Shown piece after piece: positions 10,059 to 20,154 of a DNA stretch of 64,000 bases (within the stretch, counting starts at the first letter, position 1; each line of letters opens with the position of its first letter). The notes beneath the pieces were generated by a model, which was not told the origin of the DNA, did no database searches, and was given only the letters and a program-made list of their open reading frames with translations. Origin of the DNA: Candidatus Uhrbacteria bacterium CG10_big_fil_rev_8_21_14_0_10_50_16 (lineage in GTDB: Bacteria > Patescibacteriota > Patescibacteriia > UBA9934 > UBA11717); NCBI GenBank assembly GCA_002774875.1, contig PCYM01000001.1, positions 1,096-65,095 on the forward strand, written 5' to 3'. A program made the position numbers and the translations under genes.

Positions 10059-10943
10059 ATGAAAACACTTCTACAACATTCTTACGCAAAATACACCATG
10101 ATCGCATTTGGCGCGCTTGTGAGTGTGGGGTTAGGGTTTATGATGGTATCGGCATCGAGCTTGTCTATTGAGTACAACCAAGAGACAGCAGAGCACATGG
10201 GATCCGTCGACGCGGCGGTGGTCGACACAAACCAGATCATTGCACAACGGATCCGGGTGTCTGGTTGGGCATTTGATAAAAATAATAAGCAGAACGTAAC
10301 GACCGTGCGTGCGACGAACGATTTGGCTGGATTGGACGTCATTGAGGAGTTTGTTCCAGATATTGGACGACTCGACGTGTTACAAACGTTCCCAAACGCA
10401 AGTGAGAAGCCTGGGTTCCACTGGTTTGTGCCTTCTCGTTATTACGACGGATTAGACCACACGGTGTACTTTTTTGCCGGTGATGCGCAGCAAAATGCTT
10501 GGGATTACATTGGGGCTATTGTATTGCCCGTTGTGGATTCGGGTGTTGTTGGCTCGCTTGATAGTATCGGAGCAAATAATATTGCTGGTTGGGCGATTGA
10601 TTTAGATGATCTCTGGCTGGATAGCTCAAATATCCCTGTTGCCGTATACGTGGATGGAGACTTTGTGGCGGCAGACGTTGCGGATCTTGTGCGTGTGGAT
10701 GTGGAGAATGCATACAAAGGTCGCATCGCAAACGTGGGGTCTCGTCATGGGTACAATGTTCCAATTTCTGCGGATCAATTACGATCGTACCGCGATGGGA
10801 ATGTGCACCGAGTAGAGGTGTTTGCTCTGGAGGTGTCGGAGGGCGTCATGACATCTATTGGTGTTAAATGGCCCACCATTACAGAAGCGGGAATGATGCT
10901 ATACGGAAATCCTCAAATATTTGATGAAGGCGGGCTCTACTAA
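10059..10943 (+). CDS. Secreted protein with two GWAxD Ig-like repeats
   Basis: N-terminal hydrophobic helix; repeated GWA(F/I)D...R.DV...G(F/Y)...DG..H.V units. Confidence 0.7.
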   Translation: MKTLLQHSYAKYTMIAFGALVSVGLGFMMVSASSLSIEYNQETAEHMGSVDAAVVDTNQIIAQRIRVSGWAFDKNNKQNVTTVRATNDLAGLDVIEEFVPDIGRLDVLQTFPNASEKPGFHWFVPSRYYDGLDHTVYFFAGDAQQNAWDYIGAIVLPVVDSGVVGSLDSIGANNIAGWAIDLDDLWLDSSNIPVAVYVDGDFVAADVADLVRVDVENAYKGRIANVGSRHGYNVPISADQLRSYRDGNVHRVEVFALEVSEGVMTSIGVKWPTITEAGMMLYGNPQIFDEGGLY

Positions 10944-10950
10944 AGGATTT

Positions 10951-10974
10951 AAAACACCCCTTACGGGGTGTTTT
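10951..10974. terminator. Bidirectional intrinsic terminator
   Basis: AAAACACCCC-TTAC-GGGGTGTTTT between convergent genes. Confidence 0.85.
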
Positions 10975-10977
10975 GTG

Positions 10978-11283
10978 TTACGCGATGGTATCGATCATCA
11001 CCTTGGTAAATGGCTGACGATGTCCTGTGCGGCGTCGGTAGTTGCTCTTTGGCTTGTATTTAACAATACTTACTTTCTCGGAACGACCTTGTTCCATAAT
11101 GGTACCCGTCACCTTCATTCCGGCAACGGTAGGCGTTCCCACTTTGGTTTCTCGGTCGTTAGAGACGAGCAATGGCTCAAACTCGATCTTTGACCCATCT
11201 TCCTGCTCGATCTTTTCGGTGAGGATCCATTTTCCTTCCTCAACCACCTGCTGCTTTCCTCCTGTTTTGATAATAGCGAACAT
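10978..11283 (-). CDS. rplU: 50S ribosomal protein L21
   Basis: MFAIIKTGGKQ ... GHRQPFT. Confidence 0.97.
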   Translation of the reverse strand: MFAIIKTGGKQQVVEEGKWILTEKIEQEDGSKIEFEPLLVSNDRETKVGTPTVAGMKVTGTIMEQGRSEKVSIVKYKPKSNYRRRTGHRQPFTKVMIDTIA

Positions 11284-11354
11284 ACAATAGATAAACTTCT
11301 TTAGGGGCCTGTACCCAGCGTAACCGCGGGTTTGAGGCGAGTAATTACGGGCGC

Positions 11355-11383
11355 AATGTATCATTCGGGCTGTTTTTTGTCAA
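11355..11383 (-). promoter_or_regulatory. Sigma70 promoter of rplU
   Basis: TTGACA-17 nt-TACATT on the minus strand. Confidence 0.75.
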
Positions 11384-11393
11384 CTCTTTGGGG

Positions 11394-11993
11394 TTAAATA
11401 TCCCATCGGCGGCGCAGGGCATCGCCAAGCGTCACCTCGTCGGCAAATTCAAGATCCGACCCAACTGGGAGTCCACGAGCCAGACGCGTCAGGCGCAGCG
11501 GCCGATCTTTGAGGACTTTTGAGAGATACATAATGGTTGATTCACCTTCAATATCTGGGTTAAACGCGAGCACGAGCTCTGCGACGGCGGGTTCATCGTT
11601 GAGGCGCTCAAGGAGTGAAGCAATCTCAAGCGTGTCGGGCGTAATTCCCTCAATGGGCGAAAGTGTCCCACCAAGTACGTGGTAGCGGCCGTTAAATCCT
11701 GCCGCGTCGATGGTGCCAATGTCACGCGGCTGTGCTACAACGCAGATAATTGTTTTGTCGCGTCGTGGATCCAGACACGTTTCACACATCTCGGACGTTG
11801 TGTAGGTTTTACAAATGGTACAGGATTGAATGGACGATTGGAGCTCTTGCAGCGCGCGAATCATTCCCTCGATGGTCCCCTTGGGCTGTTTGAGTAAATA
11901 AAACACAAACCGGAGTGCGGTTTTGGGCCCCACTCCGGGTAAATAGGTGAACGCGTTCACCACGGTTTGGATTGGTTTTGGGTACTCGCGCAT
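11394..11993 (-). CDS. recR: Recombination mediator RecR
   Basis: LPGVGPKTA.R, C4 zinc finger, YHVLGG.LSP, EGEST, RLARGLPVG. Confidence 0.97.
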   Translation of the reverse strand: MREYPKPIQTVVNAFTYLPGVGPKTALRFVFYLLKQPKGTIEGMIRALQELQSSIQSCTICKTYTTSEMCETCLDPRRDKTIICVVAQPRDIGTIDAAGFNGRYHVLGGTLSPIEGITPDTLEIASLLERLNDEPAVAELVLAFNPDIEGESTIMYLSKVLKDRPLRLTRLARGLPVGSDLEFADEVTLGDALRRRWDI

Positions 11994-12280
11994 TACAAAC
12001 CGAATTGGCTCAAATCTGGGAGTCCGCCTGTTTCTTGCATCACTTTTTGTACGAGTTTTTGGATGTCCTTTACGGCCTCTGCAAAGGCGACTTTGATGTT
12101 CTTCTCGATGTCTGATCGTTCCATATCTTCTGGGATGGAGACGTTGAGGATCTCTTGTTTGCCATTCATGGTGATTTCTAATCCGCGCGAGCTTCCTGTG
12201 GCAGATACGCCTTCGAGAGCTTTTTCTAGAACCTTGGCTTGGGAACGAACGTCTTTAAGGGCTTTAATTTTGTTGAACAT
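11993..12280 (-). CDS. ybaB: YbaB/EbfC nucleoid-associated protein
   Basis: ITMNGKQEI..VSI motif, size, and adjacency to recR. Confidence 0.85.
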   Translation of the reverse strand: MFNKIKALKDVRSQAKVLEKALEGVSATGSSRGLEITMNGKQEILNVSIPEDMERSDIEKNIKVAFAEAVKDIQKLVQKVMQETGGLPDLSQFGL

Positions 12281-12372
12281 AGGGATTGGTTACAAATTGC
12301 GAATGAATGAGGGACGGTCTGAGTATACCGTATGGAGCGTGGTTTGTGGCAAACCTATGGATACGTGACGAA

Positions 12373-12589
12373 ATTCTTTTCTCTGATTCTTTGCGTGTGT
12401 CCGCATTGCGTGTGCCATAAGACCTTCCGTCAATACTCCGCGTCGCTGCAGATGTGTGCCGATCGTGGCGATTCATTCTGAATCTTCGATCGGCTACACG
12501 GCTTCGCTCTACGGAAACCCTGCGTTTATGCCGGGGTCTTATTGTCGTACTCGTGATGGACTCACGCAAAGAATCGCCGAGGAAAGAAT
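12373..12589 (+). repeat. ~217-nt rod-shaped imperfect palindrome; core 12450-12555 repeated at 22002-22107
   Basis: Nested arms GATTCTTTGCGTG/CACGCAAAGAATC, ATAAGACC/GGTCTTAT, GCCGATCG/CGATCGGC, GATTCA/TGAATC. Confidence 0.8.
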
Positions 12590-12599
12590 AACCTTCATT

Positions 12600-14021
12600 T
12601 TACCCATGAGAACGGGGAAGGGGCGGCGACTCCACAGGTTTTGGTGCAGAAGCAATTGGAGGTTCCATTCTGCGTTCCAAGTTTTTGAAGTTGGCACGCG
12701 TGGCGTCAAAGAAGAGCTTTACGATACCGGTCGGCCCATTACGATGCTTGGAGATGTGGACCTCTGCGAGGTTCTTCTCCTCTGGCGACAGCTCGTCTGG
12801 CTGATAGTTCTTATCGGCTGCTTTACGGTAGATAAACATCACCACGTCGGCATCTTGTTCAATGGACCCAGATTCACGCAGGTGGGAAAGCTTTGGAATC
12901 GCCGGTTTACTCATTTCCACGGTACGCGAGAGCTGTGAGAGGGCGATAATTGGAATCTCTAGCTCGCGGGCGATTTGCTTAAGACCACGAGAGATCTCGG
13001 CCACCTCCTGCACACGGTTTTCCTTAGCACCGCGCGATTCCATGAGCTGCAAGTAGTCAATGATCACCATCCCAAGTCCGTGTTCTGACTTAAGACGGCG
13101 GCACTTAGCACGGATTTCCATGATGTTGGCCGATGCGGAGTCGTCAATATAGAGCGGCGCCTCGGACAAAACACCAAGCGCTTGCCCAATACGTGGAAAG
13201 TCGTCGTCGCGATCAGAGAGTTTGCCTGTGCGCAGTTTCCACAGGTCAATGTCTGCCTCCGCACAAATGAGTCGATCCACCAGCTGCTCCTTGCTCATTT
13301 CCAGACTAAACAGCCCCACGGGAATTTTGAGTTTTACAGATGCGTGACGTGCGAGCGAGAGGGCAAAGGCGGTCTTTCCCACAGACGGACGTGCGGCAAG
13401 AATAATAAGGTCCGCTTTTTGAAATCCGGCGAGTAGATTGTCTAACGCTACGTATCCAGACGGCACACCGCGCAATTTTCCACGTTCCTTGTGAAGGGTG
13501 TCAATGCGCTCAAACGCGTCAGCCAAAATGGAACGGATATGTGTAAACGATTGTTTGAGGTGTGTGGATGCCACGCCAAACATGGTGGACTCTGCTTGAT
13601 CCAGCACGCTGGCAATATCGTCCGTGGATTCATCAAATCCAAGTTGTGAGATTTTAGACGCCGCCGAGATAAGCCGTCGGAGCGTGGCTTTTTTTTGAAT
13701 GATGTCGCCGTAGTGCACCACGTTACTCGCCGTTGGAACGATGTTAGTGAGTTCGGCCAAGTAAGACCTGCCACCCAGGTTAGCGAGGCTTCCCATCTCA
13801 TCCAGTCGGTTACCAAGCGAGAGAAGATCAATCGGCTCATGCTTTGCGTAGAGGTCAATCATTCCACCGTAGATTTTGCGGTGCTTTTCAAAATAGAATT
13901 GCTCGGGATCCACGTGATCAGCAACCTTAATAATCGCCTCTGGATCAATCAAAAGCGCGCCCAAAAACGATTGTTCGGCTTCTTCGTTATGCGGAGGAAC
14001 TTTGTTGATCTCGCTGGCCAT
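12600..14021 (-). CDS. dnaB: Replicative DNA helicase
   Basis: PPHNEEAE, AARPSVGKT, IDYLQL, LSQLSR, LRESGSIEQDAD. Confidence 0.98.
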   Translation of the reverse strand: MASEINKVPPHNEEAEQSFLGALLIDPEAIIKVADHVDPEQFYFEKHRKIYGGMIDLYAKHEPIDLLSLGNRLDEMGSLANLGGRSYLAELTNIVPTASNVVHYGDIIQKKATLRRLISAASKISQLGFDESTDDIASVLDQAESTMFGVASTHLKQSFTHIRSILADAFERIDTLHKERGKLRGVPSGYVALDNLLAGFQKADLIILAARPSVGKTAFALSLARHASVKLKIPVGLFSLEMSKEQLVDRLICAEADIDLWKLRTGKLSDRDDDFPRIGQALGVLSEAPLYIDDSASANIMEIRAKCRRLKSEHGLGMVIIDYLQLMESRGAKENRVQEVAEISRGLKQIARELEIPIIALSQLSRTVEMSKPAIPKLSHLRESGSIEQDADVVMFIYRKAADKNYQPDELSPEEKNLAEVHISKHRNGPTGIVKLFFDATRANFKNLERRMEPPIASAPKPVESPPLPRSHG

Positions 14022-14145
14022 GTAGCAAGATCTTACCGCATAGGCACCTTCGCGGCAATGCGCGGACTCAACAGCTTGTGCGCAGATTGTCCACAGAGGC
14101 GAGATAAGAAGAAAAGCAGGGGTAATTCTGTTATACTGAGGGCCT

Positions 14146-14367
14146 ATGCAACAATGGCTACAAGATATTGCGTTTCAAAAACTCACAACGCAGCAATTAC
14201 GCTGGGTGTTTAAAGGATTGCTGGTGGTGACGATCATTGATTGGCTGATGCCCGACGCGCTTCCGTTTGTGGATGAGCTTGGACTTGCGTGGCTCACCTA
14301 TGAGGCGTGGGTTGCACTCAAGGCGCGAAAAAATGCATCGCGTGACGTAAAGGGTGAAGAAATTTAG
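14146..14367 (+). CDS. Small membrane protein, DUF1232/YkvA-like
   Basis: D.LMPD.LPFVDE motif. Confidence 0.6.
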   Translation: MQQWLQDIAFQKLTTQQLRWVFKGLLVVTIIDWLMPDALPFVDELGLAWLTYEAWVALKARKNASRDVKGEEI

Positions 14368-14412
14368 TTGTCGCGTGTGCTATACTGCACACATTCAGGA
14401 GTGAAAATAAAC

Positions 14413-15570
14413 ATGTTCCATTTATCCGCGGTGAGAAAGGCGCAATTAAGCGCCGGAGAGTCTCTTGTTGGCGCCATGATCGGTGTTGGTGTTTTTGGTC
14501 TGCCGTTTGCGTTTGTAAAGGCGGGTTTTTTTGTTGGCATGACGTATCTCGTCGTGCTTGGATTTGTGACCATGACGTTACAGATGATGATGGCGGAAGT
14601 CTCGTTGCAAACACCAGGACATCACCAACTTGCCGGCTACGTTAAACGATATTTTGGGAAAAAATGGGGCATGTTGTCCGCGTTTGTTATGATTGCCATG
14701 GCATGGGGAGCAATTGTCGCCTACGTGCTCGTGGGGGCAGAATTCTTACATGCACTTTTATCTCCAATAATTGGAGGGGATGTTGTGCTCTATCAAGCAG
14801 GTTTTTTAATCGCTGGTTTTTTGATTGCATTGAGGGGATTAAAACTCGTTGCACGTACAGAAATCTATCTTGTGGGTGCACTCCTTGTGGCTCTTGTGGT
14901 GATTATTGTGCGTGGCCTGTTTAGCGTGGAGGTCGCAAACCTTATGACGTTGGATGGGTTTGATATCTTTTTGCCGTATGGGGTTGTGTTGTTCTCCCTA
15001 GGTGGTATTACGATTATTCCAGAAATAAAGGGCATGCTCGGTCGTTATAAGACGTCCATGCGTGTGGTGGTTCCATGGAGTGTGATCTTGGTTGTTGTTC
15101 TCTATGGATTATTTGTGACGGCTGTAGTGGGTGTGACGGGTGAGGCGACGACGGAGGCGTCGGTTGTTGGACTTGGGGAAGCGTTGGGTCCTTGGATTCT
15201 CATCTTGGGATCGGTGTTTGGATTTTTGGCGGTGACTACAAGCTTTCTTATTCAGGCAATATCCGTCCAAGATTTACTCGAATACGACTACAAATTTACG
15301 CGGTTGTTTGCGTGGTTTGCAACCTTGAGTGTCCCGGCAATCGTTATGTTGGCCGGCGCACGCGATTTTATTGAGGTGATGAGTTTTACCGGAGGTGTTT
15401 TTGGGGGGTTGATTGGGATTATTACCGTTGCACTCTATATTCGTGTTCGTAATCGGTATTGTACAGAACCCAATAAATGTTTCGCGATTCCAACATGGTT
15501 TTGCTGGTTAATTCTTCTACTGTTTTTACTTGGTGCGATGATAGAATTAGTATTCTCCTTTACTCGGTAA
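14413..15570 (+). CDS. Amino-acid permease (aromatic amino acid/AAAP-like)
   Basis: IGVGVFGLPF, LPYGVVLFS, TSF; about 11 TM helices. Confidence 0.85.
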   Translation: MFHLSAVRKAQLSAGESLVGAMIGVGVFGLPFAFVKAGFFVGMTYLVVLGFVTMTLQMMMAEVSLQTPGHHQLAGYVKRYFGKKWGMLSAFVMIAMAWGAIVAYVLVGAEFLHALLSPIIGGDVVLYQAGFLIAGFLIALRGLKLVARTEIYLVGALLVALVVIIVRGLFSVEVANLMTLDGFDIFLPYGVVLFSLGGITIIPEIKGMLGRYKTSMRVVVPWSVILVVVLYGLFVTAVVGVTGEATTEASVVGLGEALGPWILILGSVFGFLAVTTSFLIQAISVQDLLEYDYKFTRLFAWFATLSVPAIVMLAGARDFIEVMSFTGGVFGGLIGIITVALYIRVRNRYCTEPNKCFAIPTWFCWLILLLFLLGAMIELVFSFTR

Positions 15571-15571
15571 T

Positions 15572-15997
15572 ATGAAACCGCTACGATTCATCCTCTTCTT
15601 TGTTACACATTATCTGCTCGGACTTGCGATGGTCTATTTCTTTATATTTTCGGCGCACTATCTGCAACAGGGGAATGTGGTGTTTGGAGGATTGATCTTC
15701 TCGATTATCTTTACACTTCTATTTAGCTGGCTGTATTTTAGAGGCGTACCTGCGCTTACCTGGCGTCAGCGGTATGAGGTGATCATTGTGTGGTTTGGTC
15801 TCGTCTTTTTGTTAGATATTGCTACGTTAGTATTTATTCAAGGAGGATCCATTTCACAACTTTCGTATTTCTCTCTTTGGTCGTATTTGTTAGAAATTAT
15901 GACGCTATTTGTTGCGGCGTACCTGACGTCTGGAGGCGATCACCCGCGATTGTCGAGCCCAAACCTGGCCATGAGTCAAAACAAAGACGCCTCCTAA
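15572..15997 (+). CDS. Hypothetical membrane protein
   Basis: Four hydrophobic helices; starts 1 nt after the permease stop. Confidence 0.65.
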   Translation: MKPLRFILFFVTHYLLGLAMVYFFIFSAHYLQQGNVVFGGLIFSIIFTLLFSWLYFRGVPALTWRQRYEVIIVWFGLVFLLDIATLVFIQGGSISQLSYFSLWSYLLEIMTLFVAAYLTSGGDHPRLSSPNLAMSQNKDAS

Positions 15998-16809
15998 GAG
16001 ACGTCTTTTTGTAATGCGTAACAGGCGAGGACATTTTTGAGTAGGAGCGCAACAGTGACGGGTCCTACACCTCCCGGAACCCGCGTGCGCCAGGAAGCTA
16101 CGGCGTCGCAGGTGGGGTCGACGTCTCCTAGAATCTCATCCCCTTGTTTTGTGATGCCGATATCAATGAGGATCGCGTCTTCCTTAATATTGTCGGGGGT
16201 GAGCCAGTGCGGCCGGCCGATCGCAATAATCACAATATCGCTTGCTTTGAGTTCGGCGGACACCTCTGCGTCGTCGGGCTCTGCTGCTGCTGTCTCTACG
16301 CCGTGTTGCGAGAGGATTTGAGCGATGGGTGGTGCAAATACGTCTGGTGTATTTGCAAGGATGAGCGCGCGCTTCTCTTGCAGTGGTTCGAGCGTGGAGA
16401 GCAAGAGTGTCTCGACGACTTGCGCCATGACAGGCGTGAGCGGGCTGTGTTCTTGGAATCCGTCCGCGTCCTTGGTTGGATCGATTGCCGCAATTACGCG
16501 ATTAGTGTCAATGTGCTTGGGTAAGGGAAGTTGCACGAGGATGCCGTGGACGTGCGTGTCTGCGTTGAGTGAATCAATAAGCGTCAGGAGTTGATCTGTG
16601 GTCGTGTCTTCTGCGAGCTCATGTGTATCAAAACGCATGCCAATTTTGTCGGCGGCGTGGGCTTTGAGTTTAACGTAGGTTTGGGAGGCAGGATCGCTTC
16701 CAACGAGAATTGCGGCAAGCCCTACGTCGATTCCCTCTGAGAGAATCTTATGGCCGAGTTCATTGCGAATCTTTTTTGCTATCTTGCGACCATTGATTAT
16801 CTGTCCCAT
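15994..16809 (-). CDS. folD: Methylenetetrahydrofolate dehydrogenase/cyclohydrolase
   Basis: S.TYV..K, HGILVQLPLP, KDADG, VPGGVGP. Confidence 0.92.
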   Translation of the reverse strand: MGQIINGRKIAKKIRNELGHKILSEGIDVGLAAILVGSDPASQTYVKLKAHAADKIGMRFDTHELAEDTTTDQLLTLIDSLNADTHVHGILVQLPLPKHIDTNRVIAAIDPTKDADGFQEHSPLTPVMAQVVETLLLSTLEPLQEKRALILANTPDVFAPPIAQILSQHGVETAAAEPDDAEVSAELKASDIVIIAIGRPHWLTPDNIKEDAILIDIGITKQGDEILGDVDPTCDAVASWRTRVPGGVGPVTVALLLKNVLACYALQKDVS

Positions 16810-18014
16810 AGGGGAAACGGTGTAGTGAATTGTTTAACCTCCTCGCGAATTTCGGCGAGCGTATCTGCATCATGTCGGGCGAGGATAGCGCGATCAATAA
16901 AATCGGCGACACGTTTCATCTCTTCTTCCTTCATCCCGCGTGTGGTAAGTGCTGGCGTTCCGAGGCGAATGCCGGACGGGTCCATGGGAGATCGCGGATC
17001 GTCTGGAATCACGTTTTTGTTGACGGTGATTCCGGCGGCGTCTAGGGCAAGTTGCGCGTCCTTCCCTGCAAGGCCTTTATTGGTGAGGTCAATGAGGAGG
17101 AGATGATTCTCCGTTTTGCCAAAACAGATCGTGTAGTCACGCTGTTTGAGTTCCACCTCGAGTGTCTTTGCGTTGAGAAGAATTTGCTGTGCGTAGTCCC
17201 TAAAACTTGGGTCCAATGCTTCTTCTAGGGCAACGGCGAGGCCTGCAATATTGTTCATATGCGGACCGCCCTGCAATCCTGGGAAGACAGATTTATCAAT
17301 TGCCTTTGCGTGTTTTTCCTTACAAAGGATCATGGCACCGCGCGGGCCACGGAGCGTTTTGTGTGTGGTGGTCATAACCACGTCAAATAGGGGTACCGGA
17401 TTGTTCATGAGTCCCGTTGCTACCATTGCGGCAAAGTGAGAGATGTCGGCCATGGTAAGTGCACCAACCTCGTCCGCAATTGCTTGAATCGCGGCGTAGT
17501 CAATGTCGCGTGAATAGGAGCTGTACCCCACGAGGATGAGTTTTGGTTTATGTTCGTGCGCAAGTTCTTTGAGCTGCGCGTAGTCGATCTCGCCCGTTGG
17601 GGTTGTATTATAACGTACGAAGTTCCAGATTTTTGCAGAAAACGTGACCGGGTGACCGTGGGTGAGGTGTCCACCGTGGCTCAAGTCCATCCCAAGTACG
17701 GTGTCGCCGGGTTCCAAGAGGGCGGAATAAATGGCGAGGTTGGCAGGTGCACCTGAGAGGGGCTGAACGTTGACGTGCTCGGCGCCAAAGAGTTCCTTGG
17801 CACGGTCAATGGCAAGTTGTTCAATTTGGTCCACCACGCTGCAACCGCCGTAATAACGCCTACCGGGGTAGCCTTCCGCGTACTTGTTGGTGGCCACGGA
17901 GCCTAGTGCCGCAAGCACGTCGTTGGAGACAAAGTTCTCCGAGGGAATGAGCTCTAATCCGCCGCGTTGGCGGGCTTCTTCTTGCTCAAGGAGTTGTGAG
18001 ATGGATGTTTTCAT
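16797..18014 (-). CDS. glyA: Serine hydroxymethyltransferase
   Basis: LIPSEN, NKYAEGYPGRRYYGGC, TTTHKTLRGPRG. Confidence 0.98.
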   Translation of the reverse strand: MKTSISQLLEQEEARQRGGLELIPSENFVSNDVLAALGSVATNKYAEGYPGRRYYGGCSVVDQIEQLAIDRAKELFGAEHVNVQPLSGAPANLAIYSALLEPGDTVLGMDLSHGGHLTHGHPVTFSAKIWNFVRYNTTPTGEIDYAQLKELAHEHKPKLILVGYSSYSRDIDYAAIQAIADEVGALTMADISHFAAMVATGLMNNPVPLFDVVMTTTHKTLRGPRGAMILCKEKHAKAIDKSVFPGLQGGPHMNNIAGLAVALEEALDPSFRDYAQQILLNAKTLEVELKQRDYTICFGKTENHLLLIDLTNKGLAGKDAQLALDAAGITVNKNVIPDDPRSPMDPSGIRLGTPALTTRGMKEEEMKRVADFIDRAILARHDADTLAEIREEVKQFTTPFPLWDR

Positions 18015-18180
18015 GCAGGGAGGATAGCTGTTTTTTTGGGAAGTTTCAAGAGGATAGGAGGGTTGGTGGGAGCATTAAATGCGATGCAAATTAGTTGATC
18101 TAAACAAGCATGTGTTTCTCCTGCGTATCCTGCAACGCTTATTTCTTGTAGAAGGCGCGGAAATAGGCTAGAATAGAGAC

Positions 18181-19572
18181 ATGAAAACGTACAAACGGGT
18201 CCACTTTATTGGCATTGGAGGAATTGGTATGAGCGCGATGGCCAAACTCTTAAAGGTATGCGGTACCTATGTTTCGGGTTCAGATGTCCAGGATTCGGAG
18301 ACGATCAGGGAATTACGCCATATGAGCGTGCAAATTGGCATTGGCAGCAAGCCGGAACTTATTGGAAAGGATGTTGAACTCATTGTGTATTCAAGCGCGG
18401 TTCCCTTGGATGATGAGGAACGTATTCGTGGCAGACACCTCGATATACCAGAAATCACCTACAACGCGTTTTTGGGTGAGGTGAGTCAGGGGTCAAATCT
18501 CATTGCGGTTACAGGCACACACGGGAAATCCACAACCACCGCTATGCTTGGCCATATCCTCACGGTAGCAGGATTAGACCCAACGGTTGTTGTTGGGTCA
18601 AAAGTAACGTCGTTCCCCTATGGAAATTTGCGCGTTGGAATGAGCGATGTGTTTGTCGCCGAGGCGTGTGAGCATATGGCACACATGCTACATATGGATC
18701 CGCAGATGATTGTGCTCACCAACATAGAATTTGATCACCCGGATTTTTATGGATCGGTAGAAGACGTGCGTGCGGCTATGAAGCAGTTTGTAGAAAAGTT
18801 ACCGCAAGGTGGAACGCTTGTGTGGAACGCAGATGATGCGCAATCGCAATTATTGATCAAAGAGATTGCGTTGAGTCGATCCGATATTCAGTTAATTGCT
18901 TACGGACAGGACGCGGCAGCACATGCGGAGGTAGAACGTGAGGTGGGAATCCAACGGGTTCATCTCTTTAAGGAAGATGCGGAAGTGTTTGAGGCTGATC
19001 TACGTTATCCTGGCGACTATAACGTGCACAATGCCATGATGGCGGCGCTGGCGGCATCGGCGTTGCATGTGCGAGGGGATAAGATTAAGCAAGCCTTGGA
19101 ATCATTCCCAGGGCTTTGGCGCAGATTTGAACATCTTGGTCTATGGAAAGGAGCCGATGTGTATTCCGATTACGGACATCACCCAACGGCGGTCGCGAGC
19201 TTGTTGGAAGGCGTAAAATCATTTTTGCCGGGCAAGCGAATCGTTCTGTGTTTTCAGCCACATCAACACGCACGAACACGTGGATTGTTCAATGAGTTTG
19301 TGCAGAGTATGGAGGAAGCAGACGTCGTGGTGCTCCAAGAGATTTATGATGTCGCCGGCCGTAACGAGCAGGACCATGCAACATCGAGTGCGGAGTTGGT
19401 GGAGGCGATTCATGAGTCAGACACAACGCGTGGGGTTGACCGAGATGTTATTTATGCGCAAGATGCAGAGGCGGTAAAATTTCAATTAGAAAAGATTGTT
19501 CGTCCGGGAGATGTTTTACTTATGGTGGGTGCGGGAGACATTGATCGTCTCGCACGGACATTGATTAAGTAG
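18181..19572 (+). CDS. murC: UDP-N-acetylmuramate--L-alanine ligase
   Basis: HFIGIGGIGMS, GTHGKSTTT, DYGHHPT, FQPH. Confidence 0.96.
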   Translation: MKTYKRVHFIGIGGIGMSAMAKLLKVCGTYVSGSDVQDSETIRELRHMSVQIGIGSKPELIGKDVELIVYSSAVPLDDEERIRGRHLDIPEITYNAFLGEVSQGSNLIAVTGTHGKSTTTAMLGHILTVAGLDPTVVVGSKVTSFPYGNLRVGMSDVFVAEACEHMAHMLHMDPQMIVLTNIEFDHPDFYGSVEDVRAAMKQFVEKLPQGGTLVWNADDAQSQLLIKEIALSRSDIQLIAYGQDAAAHAEVEREVGIQRVHLFKEDAEVFEADLRYPGDYNVHNAMMAALAASALHVRGDKIKQALESFPGLWRRFEHLGLWKGADVYSDYGHHPTAVASLLEGVKSFLPGKRIVLCFQPHQHARTRGLFNEFVQSMEEADVVVLQEIYDVAGRNEQDHATSSAELVEAIHESDTTRGVDRDVIYAQDAEAVKFQLEKIVRPGDVLLMVGAGDIDRLARTLIK

Positions 19573-19573
19573 T

Positions 19574-20086
19574 ATGAAGTTCTCATTAAGAAAATTCTTT
19601 GATTCACGTTGGGGAATGTGGATGCCGCTTGTTGGGTTGGGGCTCATGGCACTCTCTTTTGCTGGTTTTCTTGTTTGGCTCATGATGTTTGCTCCCTTGT
19701 CGCCTGGTGAGACGTTTGGATTGGATCAAGTTCCAACGTTTTCGACCCTTGCAATCGTAATTCAATATTGGCTTATCTTATCGTTTCTTCTTGGATCGGT
19801 TCTATTGGTAGTGGGAACGTTCGTTGTTTGGCCGATGAGATTTATCTACCGCAAATCATCCTGGAAGGTTTGGGCGGGGTACGCCGTTGTTGTCTTGGGA
19901 TGGGTAGGGATGATAGGATTTCGGTATTGGTCACGGTCATTTACTGTGGAGGAACGAGTAAGTCAGCGAGAGTTGATTGCCGTTATTCTTAGCCTAGAAC
20001 AGCTCGCCACGATGATTATGGTGTTTGGCACGATCGTCTTTGCAGGTGTTTTACAAGTTTATGATCCAAAAAAAGGAAGAAAATAA
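19574..20086 (+). CDS. Hypothetical membrane protein
   Basis: Four TM segments; starts 1 nt after murC. Confidence 0.65.
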   Translation: MKFSLRKFFDSRWGMWMPLVGLGLMALSFAGFLVWLMMFAPLSPGETFGLDQVPTFSTLAIVIQYWLILSFLLGSVLLVVGTFVVWPMRFIYRKSSWKVWAGYAVVVLGWVGMIGFRYWSRSFTVEERVSQRELIAVILSLEQLATMIMVFGTIVFAGVLQVYDPKKGRK

Positions 20087-20154
20087 CATAGACGTCAATG
20101 CGATGTGTTGATATCTGGTATGATTGAACACGTAACGATCAATACGGAAAACGT

